NCBI GenBank assembly: GCA_018652595.1
Contig: JABIBU010000013.1
Coordinates: 29,043-93,042, forward strand
From: Candidatus Magasanikiibacteriota bacterium
GTDB taxonomy: Bacteria > Patescibacteriota > Patescibacteriia > Magasanikbacterales > UBA922
Reading direction: 5' to 3'
Length of the DNA stretch: 64,000 bases
Shown here: in pieces, positions 1-9,912 of the stretch
Layout of the letters: each line of letters begins with the position of its first letter
How positions within the stretch are numbered: position 1 is the first letter of the stretch
Translations under genes and position numbers: made by a program
The notes under the pieces: model-generated
Database searches by the model: none
Told to the model about the DNA's origin: nothing
What the model saw: the letters and a program-made list of their open reading frames with translations, nothing else

Positions 1-715
1 AATAATCCTTATCTACCCCACAAAAGACAGCTAACTTCTCTCGACGTGGCTTGTCCAATTCGTGTGGTCCACGAGCAACTATCATATCAGCCTGTATACC
101 AGCGCTATTTAAAGTTCTAGCAGCATGCTGAGTTGGCTTGGTCTTCATCTCACCGATATGAGCTGGAACTGGCAAATAGCTAACTAGAACAGAAGCAACA
201 TCACCTGGATTTTTTAGCTTCATCATACGAGCAGCTTCTAAAAAGAGAATATTTTCATACTCGCCCACTGTCCCACCAATTTCTACTATAGTAAAATCAG
301 CATCTTGTTTTTCGGCTGAAGCCCTTATTCGTCTAATGATCTCCTCTGGAATATGTGGCACCACCTGCACACATCTACCTTTATATTTCATTGAGCGCTC
401 ATTTTCAATTACAGCTTGGTAGACTCGACCAGTGGTCATATAATTATTAGAATCTAGATCAATTTCTAAAAATCGTTCGTAATTACCCATATCTTGATCT
501 GTTTCATCACCATCGTCTGTAACAAATACCTCACCATGCTCTACTGGATTCATAGTACCAGCATCTACATTTACATAAGGATCAGCTTTCAAAGCCGTGG
601 CAGAAAACCCCTTAGATCGCAAAATTGCCCCAATAGACGCAGCTGTAACACCCTTACCAACCCCAGACATCACACCACCAATAATAAATATAAATTTTCT
701 TGTTTTCTTACTCAT
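1..715 (-). CDS. pyrG: CTP synthase, 5' part, runs off the window edge
   Basis: Manual translation from ATG 715: MSKKTRKFIFIIGGVMSGVGKG...DPYVNVDAGTMNPVEHGEVFVTDDG...KTKPTQH. Absent from the ORF track because the stop lies outside the window. Confidence 0.95.
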   Translation of the reverse strand, partial: MSKKTRKFIFIIGGVMSGVGKGVTAASIGAILRSKGFSATALKADPYVNVDAGTMNPVEHGEVFVTDDGDETDQDMGNYERFLEIDLDSNNYMTTGRVYQAVIENERSMKYKGRCVQVVPHIPEEIIRRIRASAEKQDADFTIVEIGGTVGEYENILFLEAARMMKLKNPGDVASVLVSYLPVPAHIGEMKTKPTQHAARTLNSAGIQADMIVARGPHELDKPRREKLAVFCGVDKDY

Positions 716-802
716 AAAATATGATTTGTCATTTTTATAATGTACACATTATAGCACATTTTTTATAATTAAAAAACCCTCCGTAGATGGAGGGGTGATT
801 GT

Positions 803-1249
803 TTACTCTTCGGAGACTCTGACTTGCAGGTCGGCCTCTAGGCCGTGCGGAAATTTTATTTTGACTTCAAATTCCCCGCATTCTTTTATTGCTTTTTTCA
901 GTTCTATTTGACCTGGTTTTATAGTGTATCCCAATTGCCTTTTTATCTCCTGGGCAATTTTGGCGGCACCTACAGCAGAGTAAAGCTTACCACCATCGCT
1001 AGTTTTGGCCAAAATTTCAATTTCAGCCCCATCAATTTTCGATGTCACTTGCTGAGATTCTTTTAGTTCGCCTTCCATCAACTTTGCTTTTTTCTTTTCT
1101 TGTGCCTGTAGCTTATTTACAATATCTGTCGTAGCTGGCTTTGCCAAGTTTTTCTTTATCAAAAAATTACGAGCATAACCATCGGTTACGTCCTTTATAT
1201 CTCCTTTTTCACCTGTTCCAGGTACATTTTGTAGTAATATTACCTTCAT
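803..1249 (-). CDS. rplI: 50S ribosomal protein L9
   Basis: [13 protein letters not shown]...GYARNFLI; GKLYSAV. Confidence 0.97.
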   Translation of the reverse strand: MKVILLQNVPGTGEKGDIKDVTDGYARNFLIKKNLAKPATTDIVNKLQAQEKKKAKLMEGELKESQQVTSKIDGAEIEILAKTSDGGKLYSAVGAAKIAQEIKRQLGYTIKPGQIELKKAIKECGEFEVKIKFPHGLEADLQVRVSEE

Positions 1250-1334
1250 ATACTAATATTGTACAACACCCTTGATTTTTATGCAAGTATATGCTATACT
1301 TATCGCGATCTTAATAAACCATCCAAATAAACTT

Positions 1335-2186
1335 ATGAAATCAGGTTTTGTCGTCTTGGTAGGACGATCTAATGTAGGAAAATCAACACTCTTAAATACT
1401 CTAGTCGGCACCAAAATTGCTGCCACGTCTTTTCGTGCCCAGATGACTCGTCATGAGATTCACGGCGTAATGAACACACCAGAAGGGCAGGCTATTTTTA
1501 TAGACACACCAGGGGTCTTTAAGGATAGAAAAAATCCACTAACAGCTAAGTTAACGAACAAAGTAAAAAATGTCTTAGAACAAGAGCTAGACTTAATCGT
1601 ATATGTGGCAGACCCTACTCGTGAGATTGGTGATGAAGAACGAGCCATGCTCGGGATGGTGAAGTATTTGGACATTCCAAAGCTACTTGTGATAAACAAG
1701 AGTGATTTGAGCCCAAGAGAAAGAAAACATCAGAGTGATTACGAAATGTGGGCAGATGATTTTGATGGACTATTTAGACTATCAGCATTGCGAGCTAGCC
1801 ACATCCAACCACTCCGAGAAAAGGTAATGGAATTTTTAGAAGAAGGCCATGAGATGTACGAAAATGGCCAACTTACAAATGTTGATAACTATTTTTGGAT
1901 TGAAGAGATAATCAGAGAAAAAGTTTTTTCAATTTTTGAAAAGGAAATCCCCTACTCCATAACTGTGGCTGTAGAAAATATAGAAGACAAAAAAGATGTG
2001 ATGGTTATCACTGCAAAAGTTCTTACAAATGAAGATCGTTACAAAAAAATAATTATTGGACAAAAAGGAAGAAAGATAAAAGAAATCGGACAGATGGCAA
2101 GAAAAGAACTAGAACAAGCTATAAATAAAAAAATCTTCCTGGAGTTGGAAGTAGAAGTTGATAAACATTGGGTAGAAAGAGTGTAA
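1335..2186 (+). CDS. era: GTPase Era
   Basis: GRSNVGKST, DTPG, NKSD, KH-domain IIIGQKGRKIK; start moved to MKSGFV. Confidence 0.96.
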   Translation: MKSGFVVLVGRSNVGKSTLLNTLVGTKIAATSFRAQMTRHEIHGVMNTPEGQAIFIDTPGVFKDRKNPLTAKLTNKVKNVLEQELDLIVYVADPTREIGDEERAMLGMVKYLDIPKLLVINKSDLSPRERKHQSDYEMWADDFDGLFRLSALRASHIQPLREKVMEFLEEGHEMYENGQLTNVDNYFWIEEIIREKVFSIFEKEIPYSITVAVENIEDKKDVMVITAKVLTNEDRYKKIIIGQKGRKIKEIGQMARKELEQAINKKIFLELEVEVDKHWVERV

Positions 2187-2220
2187 AAGCCTTAAGCCCT
2201 AAGTCTTAAGCCATAAGTAG
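2187..2220. repeat. Degenerate 7-nt tandem array downstream of four-helix-bundle gene 1
   Basis: AAGCCTT AAGCCCT AAGTCTT AAGCCAT AAGTAG. Confidence 0.85.
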
Positions 2221-2221
2221 T

Positions 2222-2584
2222 TTACAATTTAAGACTCTTAATTAGACCATTTAACATCCTACCAACTTCTCTGGCTTTTTCTGTCAGAACACCAGCTTTT
2301 TCTTCTGTAATATATCCAAGCTGATAACTCAAAATAAAATAATACTTTACTTCTTCCAAAGATGTATCAGACATTACAAAAAAATGTTTTTTATCTTTAT
2401 TGGTAGATCTTTTTGTTCCTTCTACAATATTTGCCACTACAGAAACTACTGCTCTCCTAATTTGGCTAACTAGGGAATATAATTCATGCTTAGGAAAATC
2501 TTTAGTAATCTTGTAGACATCTAGTGTCAGATAATGTGCCTTTTTCCAAACCTCCAATTTTCTAAATTTCTCCAAACTACCCAT
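2222..2584 (-). CDS. Four-helix-bundle protein (23S rRNA IVP / bAvd-like family)
   Basis: LEVWKKAH..VYKITKDFPKHELYSLVSQIRRAVVSVVANIVEG..SLEE..MLNGLI. Confidence 0.92.
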   Translation of the reverse strand: MGSLEKFRKLEVWKKAHYLTLDVYKITKDFPKHELYSLVSQIRRAVVSVVANIVEGTKRSTNKDKKHFFVMSDTSLEEVKYYFILSYQLGYITEEKAGVLTEKAREVGRMLNGLIKSLKL

Positions 2585-2590
2585 AAAAAT

Positions 2591-2622
2591 GATTACGACA
2601 TAAGACTTAAGACTTATGACTG
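2591..2622. repeat. Degenerate 7-nt tandem array upstream of four-helix-bundle gene 1, inverted relative to 2187-2220
   Basis: GACATAA GACTTAA GACTTAT GACTG. Confidence 0.85.
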
Positions 2623-2964
2623 TTATAGGTTTTTTATTTTCTGTAAATCTTCTTTAATTTTTGTTTTTAATTCCTCTTCGTCTTTAAACTCAATCAAATC
2701 ACTTATTCTCTCACCAATTTCCACTTCCAAAACTTCTCCATAAAAATCTTCTCCAGCATAATCCAACAAGTGCACCTCGAATTTAAAAACTGGACTCTCT
2801 AAGATGGTGAGGCTTGCCAAGAAACTATTGCCAGATAAGACAGCTTTAGAAACGTAAACGCCGGAAGGCAGATCAATATCTTCTTTTTTTATATCCAAAT
2901 TGGCAGTCGGATAACCCAACTGCCTACCATAACCATTACCGTGAATTACTTTTCCACTGTACAT
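2623..2964 (-). CDS. Stand-alone riboflavin kinase (RibF C-terminal domain only)
   Basis: GKVIHGNGYGRQLGYPTANL, GVY, EVHLLD, YGE. Confidence 0.88.
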   Translation of the reverse strand: MYSGKVIHGNGYGRQLGYPTANLDIKKEDIDLPSGVYVSKAVLSGNSFLASLTILESPVFKFEVHLLDYAGEDFYGEVLEVEIGERISDLIEFKDEEELKTKIKEDLQKIKNL

Positions 2965-2965
2965 A

Positions 2966-4213
2966 TTATTTTGATAGTATTTCTAATGCCTTTTCTACAC
3001 CGAGATCTCTAAAATCAATATCACCAGCCTCTTCATCAATTACGATGTCTACAAACATCTCTTCTAATTCTATATCTGGTACTATTCCTTCTTTATCAAT
3101 TTGTCTATCGTATGGAGTAAACCAACGAGCTACTGTTAGTTTTAGGGCGGAACCATCTGGTAAAATCTCAAACTCTTGGACAGAGCCCTTACCATAACTT
3201 GTCTTACCCACCAAAGTGGCCAACTGATAATCCTGTAAGGCTCCAGCTACGATCTCTGACCCAGAAGCAGTACCCTCATCTATTAAAACTACTGTTGGCA
3301 GGTCTGCAAAACGGTGCTTACCGGCACTACGATATTCACGCTCATCAGTTTCATTAAATTTTTCTTTTACTACTACACCAGAGCTAACCCATTCGCTGAC
3401 AACCGAAACTGAAGTATCAAAATATCCGCCAGGATTACTTCGCAAATCCAAAATAATTCCCTTTGGCGTTTGAAGTAAAATTTCACCTACAGCTTTATCA
3501 AAATCTCCCCAAGTATCATCATTGAAATAACTGACACGCAAATATACAATGTTATTATCCTTCATCTCCCATTCAACAGTAGGAATTGAAATTGTATCAC
3601 GAACAACCATCACATCTTCGAGACCCTCTAAACCGTCGTGACTGATTGTCAATTTAACTTCTGTACCCTTTTTACCGCGAATATTACTAACGGCTTCCTC
3701 CAAATTCATATCATAAGTTTCCACTCCATCAATAGCATATATTTTATCCCCCGATCGTAAACCAGATTTCTCAGCTGGAGACCCTTTTAGCGGGGCTATT
3801 ATAGTCAATTGATTGTTTCGTATGCCTATCTCTGCACCAATACCGTCAAATGCCTCTCCGGACAAATCCCTAGCAAATTTACGAGCTTCTTCTGGGACAA
3901 AAAAGATAGAATAAGGATCATCAAGACCACTCACCAACCCTTGCATAGCACCATAAAACAGACCAACCTCATCAACTGGTTGATCGACGTATTGAGTCTT
4001 TACTTTGTCCCACAAATCCCAAAACTGCTGAAATTCAACCTCTGGGGATCGGCTTTGGGAATATAGATCTAATACTTTTGTTATCTTTACCTCTCCGCTA
4101 TCATCAGTTAAGAGCCCTCGTACTTGCCAGACCCTGCCTATAAACACACCCAAAAGCAAAGAAACCAGTACTAAAAAAATTATGCTTAGATGGAGATACT
4201 TTTTATTTTTCAT
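2966..4213 (-). CDS. ctpA: S41 carboxy-terminal processing protease with PDZ domain
   Basis: N-terminal TM, LDDPYS, GIGAEI, LDLRSNPGG, TASGSEI, GKGSVQ. Confidence 0.93.
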   Translation of the reverse strand: MKNKKYLHLSIIFLVLVSLLLGVFIGRVWQVRGLLTDDSGEVKITKVLDLYSQSRSPEVEFQQFWDLWDKVKTQYVDQPVDEVGLFYGAMQGLVSGLDDPYSIFFVPEEARKFARDLSGEAFDGIGAEIGIRNNQLTIIAPLKGSPAEKSGLRSGDKIYAIDGVETYDMNLEEAVSNIRGKKGTEVKLTISHDGLEGLEDVMVVRDTISIPTVEWEMKDNNIVYLRVSYFNDDTWGDFDKAVGEILLQTPKGIILDLRSNPGGYFDTSVSVVSEWVSSGVVVKEKFNETDEREYRSAGKHRFADLPTVVLIDEGTASGSEIVAGALQDYQLATLVGKTSYGKGSVQEFEILPDGSALKLTVARWFTPYDRQIDKEGIVPDIELEEMFVDIVIDEEAGDIDFRDLGVEKALEILSK

Positions 4214-4276
4214 GTAATATTCTTAATTTTAAACAGGGTTATTATAACCCTGTTTAAGTATTATTTCAAGTGTTAA

Positions 4277-4672
4277 TTATTTTTCTTCTGGCTGGGTAAA
4301 TGTCGCATCAAACTCATATCCAGCATATGTAGTAAGTACTATTCCCCATATAAAACCAACATACATTAGCCAATTAGCATAAAACACTGCGTAGGACTTC
4401 ACAAAAAAAGGTACTGTTATCGCTATATCAAAGACTGTACCAACAACAAGGCCGATCAGGCCAAGCAAAAATCCTTTTTTAATTGTTGGAGGATCCATTT
4501 TGAAATACCATTTTGCCAAAAGCAATACTGCTGGAATTTCCAATACCCACCAGGTCACTTGTATTCTAGTCTGACTATCTTTGAACCATGGAATGAACAT
4601 TAAGACTGAGATAATCACGAATGCGGCTACCCAGACACCAACTCCGAAGATGATTGCACGTTTTAGATTCAT
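4277..4672 (-). CDS. Small four-TM membrane protein, function unknown
   Basis: 131 aa with four hydrophobic segments. Confidence 0.8.
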   Translation of the reverse strand: MNLKRAIIFGVGVWVAAFVIISVLMFIPWFKDSQTRIQVTWWVLEIPAVLLLAKWYFKMDPPTIKKGFLLGLIGLVVGTVFDIAITVPFFVKSYAVFYANWLMYVGFIWGIVLTTYAGYEFDATFTQPEEK

Positions 4673-4697
4673 AAAATTTATATTAAGAATTATTTAG

Positions 4698-5699
4698 TTA
4701 TTTTTTTAAAGTCGTAATAGGTCTAGACTGTGTGATAAATATTTTCCCTTTTTTGTCAATTGCCCATTCTATATCACAGGGAAAACCATAGTGCTCCTCG
4801 ATTCTTTTGCAAACTTCGGCCATCTCAATAATTTGTTTACCGCTTAATTTTTGCTTTTCACCTTCGCTCTTAATTTCAATCCATTCATTCGCCCCGTCTT
4901 CGTCCTCTACCACTTTGGGAACTTTTTCAGACCGAGATTGATCCGCCTTGGGTGGAGACTTCACTAGCTTCCTTGTTTGATGCCCCACATTTATATCAAA
5001 AATGCTCATATCATCCTTATGCACAATATAACTGTCTGGAGTAACCAGACCACCAACTATTGCCTCACCAAGACCATAAGCGGCTTCTATGATCATCTGA
5101 TTATAATCTTCTGTAACAGGATGAACAGTAAAAGTAATACCTGAGATATGTGACTGCACCATTTGTTGCACTACAACAGCAACAGAAACATGCTCGTCAA
5201 TTAAACCTTTTTCATGACGATAAAAAATTGCACGAGGAGTAAATAATGATGACCAGCAATCCTTCACTTTTTCTACAACATTGTCTTTGTCAGTATTCAA
5301 ATAACTTTCCAACTCTCCCGCCCAACTGGCAATATCACCATCTTCGGCTGTGGCGCTGGATCTAACTGCCACATGCTCAGCCCCAAGTTCATCATAAGCT
5401 TCTAAAATTTCTTTTGTTAAATCTTCTGGCATCTTATTATCATGAATTGTATCTCTAATAATAGCACTGGCCTTGTCCAATGAATTGATGTCCTCTGTGT
5501 TAACTTCTTTTAGCCTTGCTTCTATTTCAGCATTTAGATCTGTCTCTTCCAAAAATCTATCAAATGCTGATGACAAAACAACGAAGCCATTTGGTACTGG
5601 AATACCGCTGTTTATCATTTCGCCAAGTGATGCACCCTTTCCTCCGGCAATGTCTACATTTGTTTTGTTTATGTTTTTGAAAGGTTTTATGTGTTGCAT
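4698..5699 (-). CDS. Stand-alone PEP/pyruvate-binding (PEP synthase/PPDK N-terminal) domain protein
   Basis: GGKGASLGEM, VAVRSSATAED, GLGEAIVGG, DIEWA, QSRPIT; no His-swivel or C-terminal domain. Confidence 0.9.
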   Translation of the reverse strand: MQHIKPFKNINKTNVDIAGGKGASLGEMINSGIPVPNGFVVLSSAFDRFLEETDLNAEIEARLKEVNTEDINSLDKASAIIRDTIHDNKMPEDLTKEILEAYDELGAEHVAVRSSATAEDGDIASWAGELESYLNTDKDNVVEKVKDCWSSLFTPRAIFYRHEKGLIDEHVSVAVVVQQMVQSHISGITFTVHPVTEDYNQMIIEAAYGLGEAIVGGLVTPDSYIVHKDDMSIFDINVGHQTRKLVKSPPKADQSRSEKVPKVVEDEDGANEWIEIKSEGEKQKLSGKQIIEMAEVCKRIEEHYGFPCDIEWAIDKKGKIFITQSRPITTLKK

Positions 5700-5704
5700 A
5701 AAAA

Positions 5705-6499
5705 TTATTTTTTCAACTTTTTCCAAACCTCCCCCACCTCTCTAATTAAGTCTTCGGCATTAAAAAAAGTGTCGACTTTTTCTTTCAACCTATCACCAAC
5801 ATGACAGGCCAGGTGTATACCAGCCAAAACTGAAGTAAGAGGGTCATTTTTACATAAAAAAGAAGAAACTATTCCAGCTACCACATCTCCGGTACCTCCT
5901 TTTGTCATGCCCACATTACCAGTCTTATTCTCATAAAGCTCTTTACCATCACTAATGTAATCATACTGGCCTTTCAAAGCCACGGTACACTGATAGTATT
6001 TTGCCATTTTCAAAACATTGTCTGCGTTTGGCTCACACTTGAAAGTATTTTCAAACTCACGCGAATGAGGGGTGACCACACAGTTTGGATGCAATAGTAA
6101 AGGATCCAAATGCCAAAAAGCAGTAGCATCCACTACAATCTTTTTTTCTGGATATTTTTTCAAAATTTTATGAACTAGGTTCTTATTTGCTCGTGTCTCT
6201 TCCAAGCCAGGACCAATCAAAATTGCATCTACCATTTCTACTGTATCCCACAACTCCTTATTTGAAACATTAATAAAAACCGCGATTTCATTTTTTAATT
6301 TATCAATTAGCCCAGCATTGGTTGGCGAATGGACATAGACCATGTCTACAATTCTAGACGCTGTCTGCATAGACATGAGAAGTGCACCGTGAAACTTTTC
6401 TGATCCGGCGATTATCAAAAGACGGCCATTTTGTCCTTTGTGACTAGATGGGTCTGGTTTTTTAAGCTTATTTAGTATATTTTTGTCTAATATTTGCAT
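5705..6499 (-). CDS. nnrD: ADP-dependent NAD(P)H-hydrate dehydratase
   Basis: SHKGQNGRLLIIAGS, IGPGL, TPHSREF, GGTGDV. Confidence 0.9.
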   Translation of the reverse strand: MQILDKNILNKLKKPDPSSHKGQNGRLLIIAGSEKFHGALLMSMQTASRIVDMVYVHSPTNAGLIDKLKNEIAVFINVSNKELWDTVEMVDAILIGPGLEETRANKNLVHKILKKYPEKKIVVDATAFWHLDPLLLHPNCVVTPHSREFENTFKCEPNADNVLKMAKYYQCTVALKGQYDYISDGKELYENKTGNVGMTKGGTGDVVAGIVSSFLCKNDPLTSVLAGIHLACHVGDRLKEKVDTFFNAEDLIREVGEVWKKLKK

Positions 6500-6613
6500 A
6501 AAATAACTATATTTAAATCAATTCTTATATATCTATATTGCCTTATTTTAACAAAAAAGTCAATGAAATACATTCACTGACTCTTCTAGGTATACAGTGT
6601 GACAATATCAATA

Positions 6614-8545
6614 TTAGCTGTCCTTTCTATGTGCATCATCCTGCGAGTTATTATCTTGCTTTTTACTATCGGAATCAGCATTGTCATCAAAACTTATTAT
6701 CTCATCTTGTTTTATTTTCTTTGGCTCGCTTACAGTTTGCCGACTATTATCTAAGGTTTTGGCAGGTGTCTGAGAAAAATCTGTATTATTTTCTACACCT
6801 CTATCTGTGCTTTTCTTTTTATTCCTTTTTCTGTTCCTCTTTTTCTTGGATATTATTTCGTCTGATTTTTGTACTCCTTGATGTTTTGTTTCTTTAATCT
6901 CTTTTTCAACTGGTTTCACTTCTGGTTTTTTCTTGCTTTCTTCTTTTTTTACACTATTATCTTTTTTATCCATGTAGGTAGATGCCCTTTGGGTATTTTT
7001 TTCTTCTCTCCCATTATCCGGTTTTTTATCATCTTTAGAACCTTCTCTTTTTTTGTTGGATACCAAATCTTGAATTGATACCATTCTCTCCTCTTTTGTT
7101 TTCTTCTCAGGCTTCTTTTCTTCATTTCTATTTTCGGCTCTTTCTCTGGGCTTAGGTTTTGTTTGGCGGTCTTCTTTGGATAATCCCTCACCCCCATCTT
7201 CACTCCCCTCAGACATACCACTCCAACGTAAAATCTTATCCTCAATAACACTTCTTTTTTTGGCATAACGCTCACGAGAGACTCTTGTTACTTTTTCTGT
7301 ACTACCTGTTGGAGATCCAATTGGTGGCATGGTCACCGCACTAAAAGGTAAGGATGCCACTCCATCAATCATAAGTTTTAAAAATATATGATATTTTGCC
7401 AAATTGACAATGTCCTCCTCCATAAAGGTCGGAGTAAATTCTTTTACCAGTACTTCTGCGTCAGCCCCACCAACTCGAAAAGCAACAATTGTGCCCACAT
7501 TACCAAAGACTGCATCAGCCACAATTTCATCTAGTTGGGCCACGTATTGATGTGCCATGATGAGACTTAGACGATATTTACGAGCCTCTGATAAGATATT
7601 TGCAAAACTAGGTGTAGCAAAGTTTTGAAATTCATCAACATACAAGAAGAAGTCTTTTCTGTCTTTTTCGGGCATGTCGACTCTTTCCATGGCAGCTAGC
7701 TGAATTTGATTTATTAGAATACCACCGAGTAAACGACTATTATCTTCACCGATTCTACCCTTGGATAGATTCATTATAAAAATCTTCTTGTTATCCATCA
7801 ATTCACGAATATTAATCGTAGACTTGACCTGGGCAACCATATTTCGAATAACACTAGCTGACAAAAACTGACCAATTTTATTCTGAATTGGAGCGACTGC
7901 CTCTTGGGCATAACGCTCATTATAGCTAGCAAATTCTGTCTGCCAAAAGGACTTGATAACCGGATCCTTGGAAGCACGAACTACTTTTTTACGATACTCC
8001 TTGTCAGAAAGCATTCTATTAATTCCAAGTAGTGTAGAACCTGGGTAGTCTAATAAAGCCAAAAGGGTGTTATTCAGAATATATTCCATTCTAGAACTCC
8101 ACATGTCCACCCAAATCTTTTTGAAAACTGCCATTAGGCCCGCTGCAACCAAATATTTTTGCTCTTCAGTCGTCACTTCCAAAATATTAAATCCAATTGG
8201 AAAATCAACATCGGCCGGATTGAAATATACAACATCATTAATTCTATTTGCTGGAATATAGTCAATAATTTTTTCAGCAAAATCCCCATGAGGGTCTACT
8301 ACACCCACTCCGTGACCAGCATAGATATCATGAAGAACCATGTTTTCCATCATGGTTGTCTTGCCCATACCAGTCTTCCCTACCACATACATATGTCGAC
8401 GCCTATCATCGGTTTTTGTACCAAAACGCCGCATTTGATTGCGGTAATTAGTTTGGGCAAAAAGACAGACATCTTCTTTTTCTTCCTCTGGTTGTCCTTT
8501 TGCTTTTAAGTGATGTGTAGGCATAATATAATATACAAAATACAC
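6614..8545 (-). CDS. TraD/TrwB/VirB4-like (DUF87-type) P-loop ATPase with ~200-aa charged low-complexity tail; start may be 8524
   Basis: HMYVVGKTGMGKT, DPHGD, YVDEFQNF, SEARKY, AHQY. Confidence 0.88.
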   Translation of the reverse strand: MYFVYYIMPTHHLKAKGQPEEEKEDVCLFAQTNYRNQMRRFGTKTDDRRRHMYVVGKTGMGKTTMMENMVLHDIYAGHGVGVVDPHGDFAEKIIDYIPANRINDVVYFNPADVDFPIGFNILEVTTEEQKYLVAAGLMAVFKKIWVDMWSSRMEYILNNTLLALLDYPGSTLLGINRMLSDKEYRKKVVRASKDPVIKSFWQTEFASYNERYAQEAVAPIQNKIGQFLSASVIRNMVAQVKSTINIRELMDNKKIFIMNLSKGRIGEDNSRLLGGILINQIQLAAMERVDMPEKDRKDFFLYVDEFQNFATPSFANILSEARKYRLSLIMAHQYVAQLDEIVADAVFGNVGTIVAFRVGGADAEVLVKEFTPTFMEEDIVNLAKYHIFLKLMIDGVASLPFSAVTMPPIGSPTGSTEKVTRVSRERYAKKRSVIEDKILRWSGMSEGSEDGGEGLSKEDRQTKPKPRERAENRNEEKKPEKKTKEERMVSIQDLVSNKKREGSKDDKKPDNGREEKNTQRASTYMDKKDNSVKKEESKKKPEVKPVEKEIKETKHQGVQKSDEIISKKKRNRKRNKKKSTDRGVENNTDFSQTPAKTLDNSRQTVSEPKKIKQDEIISFDDNADSDSKKQDNNSQDDAHRKDS

Positions 8546-8653
8546 GTATTAAAATACAAGATACAAATATTATATCATAATTATCTAATAAAAACAAAAC
8601 CCCCACTAGGAGGATTGGTTTGTAGAATTATTTTTAAATCTGTAAAGCCAATG

Positions 8654-9856
8654 CTAACTAAACATCAGCCATTCTGGCTTAAACACAAGTAAAATACCTA
8701 AAATTAAAATCATTAGACCAGCAACAAGATTGGTATATTTTGCATATTTGGATCCAAGTACTTTTGACTTGAGAGTAATCATAGCAATAGCAAATATAAT
8801 CATGTCATCTAACATGTAAAAGAAAATATAGCCCAACATATAGAGATATTTCTTCCACATTGGCAAGTCAGACATTGATAGCACCTGAGTAAAGATTGCA
8901 GGAAAACCAGCGCTACAAGCCAGCTCTACTAGATTTACAGAAAATCCCAATATCAAAATACCCAATATTGACCACCAAAGACTCTTGCGATAGACAATGT
9001 CTTTTATTTTATCAAAAGTATTTTTTGCTCCTTCATTTTTGGAAACTTTACAGACTACACCATCTGTCTTGCGATTTTTCCAAAAATCCCAAATATTTTT
9101 ACCACCAACTCCCACAGCAATACTACCAATAAGTATTCTGACCAACAGAATCATTCCAATAAAAGTTAAAAACTGCAACCAAGCTGCCATGAAGAAAAAA
9201 TAAACCGCTCCCGAAGCAACTATAAATATAGAACCCAAAAGCCACATCCTTCTCTTATCTTCCATACCAAGAAGAAGTGAGATCAAAAATAACAATACCC
9301 ACATAGCACATGGGTTAAACCCATCAAGTAGTCCAATAATTATAGTCAAAACTGGCAAAGAAAATGTTTTGGTATTTATCTCACCCAAAAGAGGAATATT
9401 TATAATTCCAGATCTATCCTCTACTTCTTGAACCTCGCCATTTAAACCTCTTTCATTTATTTTACGCTCTATTGTTTCTAAAATCTGCTTTCCCGTGGTC
9501 TTATCATTTCCATATCCATAAACAACCTCCCCATCTATCAGCGTTAGTGGCACACCCTTAACATCTACGTTATAGTAAAATCCATACTGTTGGAATAATT
9601 CCTGATTTCCAGGTTCGCTTATTTCATAAAGCTGAAAATCTACAAATTCATCGTATTCTTTACGCAATTTTTTATCAATAAATTTTATCTCGTCTTTACA
9701 ATGAGGGCAAGTCTCGGAGTGAAATAAAATAAACTCAACTTTATTTTCTCCTTCAATATTTTTGTTAACACCCTCTTCTGTGGCTGCCAAGCTAAAAACA
9801 GGACTCAACAAAGCCACTAAAGTTATAGATACAATTAGAAATTTTATTTTACTCAT
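8654..9856 (-). CDS. Glutaredoxin-like CPHC domain fused to a DsbD/CcdA-like membrane domain
   Basis: TCPHCKD; LLDGFNPCAMW; VELACSAGFP. Confidence 0.85.
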   Translation of the reverse strand: MSKIKFLIVSITLVALLSPVFSLAATEEGVNKNIEGENKVEFILFHSETCPHCKDEIKFIDKKLRKEYDEFVDFQLYEISEPGNQELFQQYGFYYNVDVKGVPLTLIDGEVVYGYGNDKTTGKQILETIERKINERGLNGEVQEVEDRSGIINIPLLGEINTKTFSLPVLTIIIGLLDGFNPCAMWVLLFLISLLLGMEDKRRMWLLGSIFIVASGAVYFFFMAAWLQFLTFIGMILLVRILIGSIAVGVGGKNIWDFWKNRKTDGVVCKVSKNEGAKNTFDKIKDIVYRKSLWWSILGILILGFSVNLVELACSAGFPAIFTQVLSMSDLPMWKKYLYMLGYIFFYMLDDMIIFAIAMITLKSKVLGSKYAKYTNLVAGLMILILGILLVFKPEWLMFS

Positions 9857-9878
9857 AAGTAATTTTAATATCATACTT

Positions 9879-9907
9879 ATTATATATGATATAGTTATAT
9901 ATGTCAA
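9879..9907 (-). promoter_or_regulatory. Consensus sigma70 promoter TTGACA-17-TATAAT for the 8654-9856 gene
   Basis: Exact hexamers with a 17-nt spacer on the minus strand. Confidence 0.8.
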
Positions 9908-9912
9908 AAATA

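Noticed and set aside
4228-4258. Perfect palindrome TTAAACAGGGTTAT-ATAACCCTGTTTAA
   Set aside because: Single copy in the window and consistent with an ordinary terminator or operator; no further evidence.
6614-8545. Conjugative element or ICE
   Set aside because: No relaxase, integrase or mating-pair genes; the ATPase is embedded among housekeeping genes.
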